A stretch of DNA of 11,545 nt from Candidatus Heimdallarchaeota archaeon (lineage in GTDB: Archaea; Asgardarchaeota; Heimdallarchaeia; Heimdallarchaeales; Heimdallarchaeaceae): the NCBI GenBank assembly GCA_019057375.1, contig DXJF01000059.1, positions 1 through 11,545 on the forward strand, read 5' to 3'. Shown here in pieces: positions 8,035-11,545 of the stretch. The notes below the pieces were generated by a model. The model worked only from the letters and a program-made list of their open reading frames with translations, searched no databases and had not been told where the DNA came from. A program made the translations under genes and the position numbers. Each line of letters starts with the position of its first letter. Within the stretch, counting starts at the first letter, position 1.

Positions 8035-8350
8035 CTTGTTAAAATTTAGATAACGAAATTTCCTTTAATAACATTTTACTAATTATACTTCTTTTCAAAA
8101 TACTGCAAAAGATTTTTTTTTGTTTTTCAAGAAGATACCATCTAAATACCTCTACTTTTCTAGCTCTAGCTTGCAGAGAAATGAAAACAGCGTTCTGAAA
8201 CAATATTTTAGGATGAATCAAGACTGTGTGTGTTCTTCTATTTCTTTTAGGTTAGCTAATTGTTTTATTAAAAGTGGAAGTTCTTTTCCTTCTGAAATTG
8301 AGGGGGTTGGGACGTGGGGGATAATACATCTTCAAAGATTGACAAATTTT

Positions 8351-8397
8351 ATGGGCAGATTGCCCATGCCTTAAATCCTATAATTATGATAATAGGA
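8351..8397. repeat. Two adjacent short inverted repeats in the intergenic region
   Basis: ATGGGCA-gat-TGCCCAT (8351-8367) is a perfect 7-bp stem. TCCTATAAT-tatg-ATAATAGGA (8376-8397) has 9-bp arms with one mismatch. Confidence 0.5.
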
Positions 8398-8538
8398 ACA
8401 TTAACAAAATGTCGATGGCTGAAACGTAAAATTACTCTATTGGCACAGTGCCTATAGCTAAAACTCTGAAATTCTTTAATCAGAAGAGAAAAAAAACCTT
8501 TCTTAGAATCGTTCTTTTTGTTTATGTCTGAGGATAAT

Positions 8539-8555
8539 AAAAAAAGGAGAAAAAA
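8539..8555 (-). terminator. Candidate archaeal oligo-T terminator of the transglutaminase-like gene
   Basis: The minus strand reads TTTTTTCTCCTTTTTTT starting 6 nt after the TAA at 8562-8564. Confidence 0.45.
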
Positions 8556-8561
8556 TTACCT

Positions 8562-9842
8562 TTAAGGATTGTAACTAGTAGCTCCGTTTATGTCACAAAG
8601 TACAATAGTTAAATCATCATAAGTAATTCCGTTATTAAGGTAATATTGCATCCATCCAGGTTTCGAAGGAAAGGAAACATCCCATGTTGGATCTACCCAT
8701 ACCCAAGTATATCCTGTATAAGGATCTATTCCACCAAGACTCCACATTGGGATGAATGGATGCCAAAACTCAAAGTTAGATACGTCTTCAATATGTACTA
8801 ACAAAGTTGCATGATAAAAACCATCAGGACTGATAGGATTTTCAGGATCATGAAATAATCCTAAAGCTGTTTCAAATCCACAAGATTCTAGATAGGCTGC
8901 ACATAACAATGCTTGGTCTTCACAATCACCTTTGGTCCTGAAAGCTGTTTCAACTGGAAATTTAATATAATCCCAATAATAAAAATCTTGTCCAATTGTT
9001 ATTTCAGTATCATATTCATAGTCAATTTCATCAATACACCACTGGACTATTGAATCAATATCATTCAGTTCTTTTCCAGATAAACCATATCCACCCCAAT
9101 TAGGAATCCAATCATAGAAAGTATAATAGAAAGTATACCAAGCCAAATACGTAGTCACATTACCAAATTTCAAACAATCTGCAAGAGCATTTGAAACTTC
9201 TGAAAACCATGAACCGAATATTTGAGAATCATGAAGCACAACATCACGACTGAATCTTGCATATTCTGCAAAATATCCAGATTCATTTCCTGTAGTCCAA
9301 GTATCTTTAACATAAAAATCTTCAAAGTAATATCTTCTAACAGCTTCGGCAAAAACCATGTACTGTGCAGGTAAAGTCATTTCGCTGATCCATGTTGTCA
9401 ACAGATAATATTGTTGAAGTAATGCATTATATTCACTTTCAATAACTGCATAGGCAATCAATAGTTGTGAATATAAATCATCAAGTTGATCATAAGCTAT
9501 TTGTAAAGCATTGAAAGATTCTACAATTGAGTTATAATTTATCACTAATTCATTATAGGTTTCATTCAAGAAAGCATACTCTGTTAATAAGGAATAATAG
9601 GTTTCATTCAAAGAGTCATATTCTCCCGATATTATTTCGTAGTTACTCTGTAAATCAGAATAGTTTCCTAGTAAAGTATTGTAATCGTTTAAAAGATTAT
9701 TATATTCTTCATCCAAATCTTGGAAGTCTAACAATAGAGATTCATGGTCTTCACTTGTTAAGTCTGTTATGAGATAACCTGTTAATCCTCCGACACAAAA
9801 AAAACTAACAAATAAACTCCCAATTATTATATTTTTATTCAT
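8562..9842 (-). CDS. Membrane-anchored coiled-coil protein with a C-terminal transglutaminase-like (papain-fold) cysteine protease domain
   Basis: N-terminal hydrophobic anchor (IIIGSLFVSFFCVGGLTGYLI), then about 16 Tyr/Leu heptads (~9400-9745). The C-terminal domain has YIKFPVET..KGDCEDQALL (Cys 8922-8924), FYHA (His 8811-8813) and WVDPT (Asp 8691-8693). SD-like GAGGATGA at 9850-9857. Confidence 0.85.
   Translation of the reverse strand: MNKNIIIGSLFVSFFCVGGLTGYLITDLTSEDHESLLLDFQDLDEEYNNLLNDYNTLLGNYSDLQSNYEIISGEYDSLNETYYSLLTEYAFLNETYNELVINYNSIVESFNALQIAYDQLDDLYSQLLIAYAVIESEYNALLQQYYLLTTWISEMTLPAQYMVFAEAVRRYYFEDFYVKDTWTTGNESGYFAEYARFSRDVVLHDSQIFGSWFSEVSNALADCLKFGNVTTYLAWYTFYYTFYDWIPNWGGYGLSGKELNDIDSIVQWCIDEIDYEYDTEITIGQDFYYWDYIKFPVETAFRTKGDCEDQALLCAAYLESCGFETALGLFHDPENPISPDGFYHATLLVHIEDVSNFEFWHPFIPMWSLGGIDPYTGYTWVWVDPTWDVSFPSKPGWMQYYLNNGITYDDLTIVLCDINGATSYNP
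9555..9611. repeat. 15-bp exact direct repeat, 42 bp apart, inside the coiled-coil coding region
   Basis: ATAGGTTTCATTCAA occurs at 9555-9569 and 9597-9611. Both copies encode LNETY on the minus strand, and the spacing equals two heptads. Confidence 0.7.
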
Positions 9843-10036
9843 TCAACTCTCATCCTCTTTATAAATTAACTTAGATAATAAGTAGTACAGATAATTTAAA
9901 CTTACTCAGAACTGAAGCATAATGGTAAAATTGGGTAATGAAAATACTATTATCAACTAAATTTTTAGTATATATTTCACATAGAAACAAGTTAGTGGTC
10001 TTAAAATCCTTCTTTATCTTTTCTTAACGATTGCGT

Positions 10037-10459
10037 TTATTCTTCTCTTGTGATAAAATCTAAACGTTTTAGCAGTTTATTTGATGTTTTATTTATTTTT
10101 GCTGTACTAGTAGATCTTATCAGCTTTAGATACTTCAAATAAGAAATCGATTGAAGCTTTACAGCGTTCAGTAGCATTTCTTTTACTTTGAAAATCGGAT
10201 TGAAAGATATATCCAAAATCAAATTCTTTCACCTTTCCCTCCTTCCTTCCTTTAGATATAAATCCTATCAGTTTCTTTTCTTTTAGAACAACAACTACAA
10301 ATTCGTCTCCCTTAGCAAACCATTCTTCTTTCCCTTTATATTTTTCTAGATTATTTGGTCATGGTCCGTGATCATATTTTGGAAACACTGATTTCTCATA
10401 ATAATTAACAATTTCTGTAAAAATCTTCCAATTATCATAGTGAAATCACTGATGTTCTT
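10037..10459 (-). pseudogene. RimJ/RimL-type GNAT N-acetyltransferase pseudogene
   Basis: Reconstruction on the minus strand: ISDFT/(frameshift ~10438)DNWKIFTEIVNYYEKSVFPKYDHGP*(TGA 10359-10361)PNNLEKYKGKEEWFAKGDEFVVVVLKEKKLIGFISK..KEFDFGYIFQSDFQSKRNATERCKASIDFLFEVSKADKI/(frameshift ~10112)TSTAKINKTSNKLLKRLDF. This matches the RimJ/RimL pattern (LIGFI, GYxF, degenerate GxGYATE, NxxSxxLLxRLGF). No start codon was found. Confidence 0.75.
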
Positions 10460-10461
10460 AG

Positions 10462-10492
10462 TAGAAGAAAAATAGAAGAAAAATAGAAGAAA
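10462..10492. repeat. 11-bp tandem repeat (about 2.8 copies), probably also an oligo-T terminator on the minus strand
   Basis: TAGAAGAAAAA at 10462-10472 and 10473-10483, plus TAGAAGAAA at 10484-10492. It directly abuts the stop codon at 10493-10495. Confidence 0.75.
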
Positions 10493-11545
10493 CTAAAGTT
10501 TCCTCATCTGTTTTCTTTTATTTACATAAATCAATGAGATTGTAAGACCTGGAAATATTATTGACAAGAGGATAATATCAGTGAATTCAGACACTGCTGG
10601 TAGAATCTCGATTATAAATGGATCATCTCCGTCTCCTAGATATTGAACATTTCCTGCTGCATCAACACCTACTATGATCAATTCATAAATACCTATTAAA
10701 GATGTATCAATTGTTACTATCCATTCTCCTTCTAAATCAACTGCAACATATTCATCTTGATGCACCTCCCCACCATTAAATGTCCAAAGCAACATTAATG
10801 TGTCAAGTCCACTTTGTAGTTCTTCTGAGATAATTGGATCTGTAACATTGAAGCTGAAGCTTAGATCTTCACCAGTTGTAACGCTAGTGGGAACTGAATC
10901 AAGAAGTTCCATTGTTGGAGCAGTTAAATCTCCCTTTCCTACAGATAAATCTATGTATCCTAATGCTTCTATTTTTCTTCCTGAATAAGATTCTCCGGAA
11001 ACTGCTATGTCTATGATTGCATTAGTTCCATCATAATTCAAGGGAATTTCTAATACAAACCCATCTCCACTCGATGATTGATCTTCTAAATAGCCATAAA
11101 AACTACTCGAATTGTAGATTATTAAATTAGCAGAGGTTTCCATTGATCCTTTTAGCATAAACCCTATATTATCAACTTGAATATATACATAGATGAAACA
11201 AATTTCACCTGGTTCTGCAAATCCATCACCATCACCATAAAGATCATCATCTAGAACATAATAAAGCAAACTTATTTCAGGTGAAGGGAGTTCAACTATA
11301 GCAATTGTGATAAGGATTTGTTGTGTAACAAGATGTCCTTTAGAATCATATGCTGCTATGTAGAGAGTAAAATTAGCTGTTTGATTTCTAGCTGTTAATG
11401 GAATTTCAAGAATTGCATATGAAGAAGTATCTGATACAGTTGGTGCTAAGTTATTGAAGTAAACATTGGGTTCAGTAAAATTCAAGTCAGTACTGTCTGA
11501 AGTAAGATATCCAGCAATATCATACCCAAAACCATTTCCTATATT
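10493..11545 (-). CDS. 3' part of a secreted/cell-surface protein with repeated Ig-like domains and a C-terminal membrane anchor; 5' end outside the window
   Basis: The frame stays open past the ORF-track TTG (11485) to the window edge (NIGNGFGYDIAGYLTSDSTDLNF...). It is acidic and beta-rich with a DDDLYGDGDGFAEPGE motif, and ends in a hydrophobic segment IILLSIIFPGLTISLIYV followed by the basic tail NKRKQMRKL. Confidence 0.8.
   Translation of the reverse strand, partial: NIGNGFGYDIAGYLTSDSTDLNFTEPNVYFNNLAPTVSDTSSYAILEIPLTARNQTANFTLYIAAYDSKGHLVTQQILITIAIVELPSPEISLLYYVLDDDLYGDGDGFAEPGEICFIYVYIQVDNIGFMLKGSMETSANLIIYNSSSFYGYLEDQSSSGDGFVLEIPLNYDGTNAIIDIAVSGESYSGRKIEALGYIDLSVGKGDLTAPTMELLDSVPTSVTTGEDLSFSFNVTDPIISEELQSGLDTLMLLWTFNGGEVHQDEYVAVDLEGEWIVTIDTSLIGIYELIIVGVDAAGNVQYLGDGDDPFIIEILPAVSEFTDIILLSIIFPGLTISLIYVNKRKQMRKL

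Noticed and set aside
8039-8374. Short ORFs 8039..8221 (-) and 8120..8374 (+), and an LRHGQS string on the minus strand near 8355-8372
   Set aside because: No SD and no recognisable domain. The RHG string is directly preceded by an in-frame TAG and lacks the rest of a histidine phosphatase, so it is likely chance.
8505-8520. Possible att or terminal repeat matching AAAAGAACAATT at the left junction (162-173)
   Set aside because: It is only a short, mismatched, inverted AT-rich match expected by chance, and there is no integrase, transposase or tRNA in the window.
10231-10252. (CCTT)n-like pyrimidine tract as a microsatellite or regulatory element
   Set aside because: It lies within the GNAT pseudogene frame, where it encodes KGRKEGK; there are only about three imperfect units.
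10462-10492. CRISPR array or iteron interpretation of the 11-bp repeat
   Set aside because: The units are too short, contiguous without spacers, fewer than three full copies, and no cas or rep gene is nearby.
9170-10988. ORFs 9170..9352 (-), 9527..9772 (+) and 10800..10988 (+)
   Set aside because: They are alternative-frame or antisense shadows within the transglutaminase-like and surface-protein genes.

Overview
AT-rich prokaryotic window, most likely archaeal. This is inferred from GGAGGTGA-like ribosome-binding sites, oligo-T tracts after genes, a MIG-type glycosylase and C-terminally anchored surface proteins; an Asgard-like host is plausible but not provable here. The left ~8 kb looks like a defence/DNA-modification island. 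A + strand operon encodes (i) a hybrid MORC/GHKL-S5 plus histidine kinase protein that lacks the front half of its GHKL ATPase and abuts the 3' end of an unrelated ORF, (ii) a receiver (REC) protein with an uncharacterised C-terminal domain whose motif order resembles a MazF/PemK fold, (iii) a C5-cytosine DNA methyltransferase and (iv) a MIG-like T:G mismatch glycosylase. The glycosylase continues in the same frame directly after the methyltransferase's TAG and has no canonical start codon for its conserved N-terminus. Converging on the operon is a 947-aa TPR protein ending in a HEPN-like RxxxxH domain. No restriction endonuclease is recognisable. The right part holds a membrane-anchored coiled-coil transglutaminase-like protein, a RimJ/RimL GNAT pseudogene missed by the ORF track, an 11-bp tandem repeat and the 3' end of an Ig-like surface protein. 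All family assignments come from motif recognition by eye; no searches were run.
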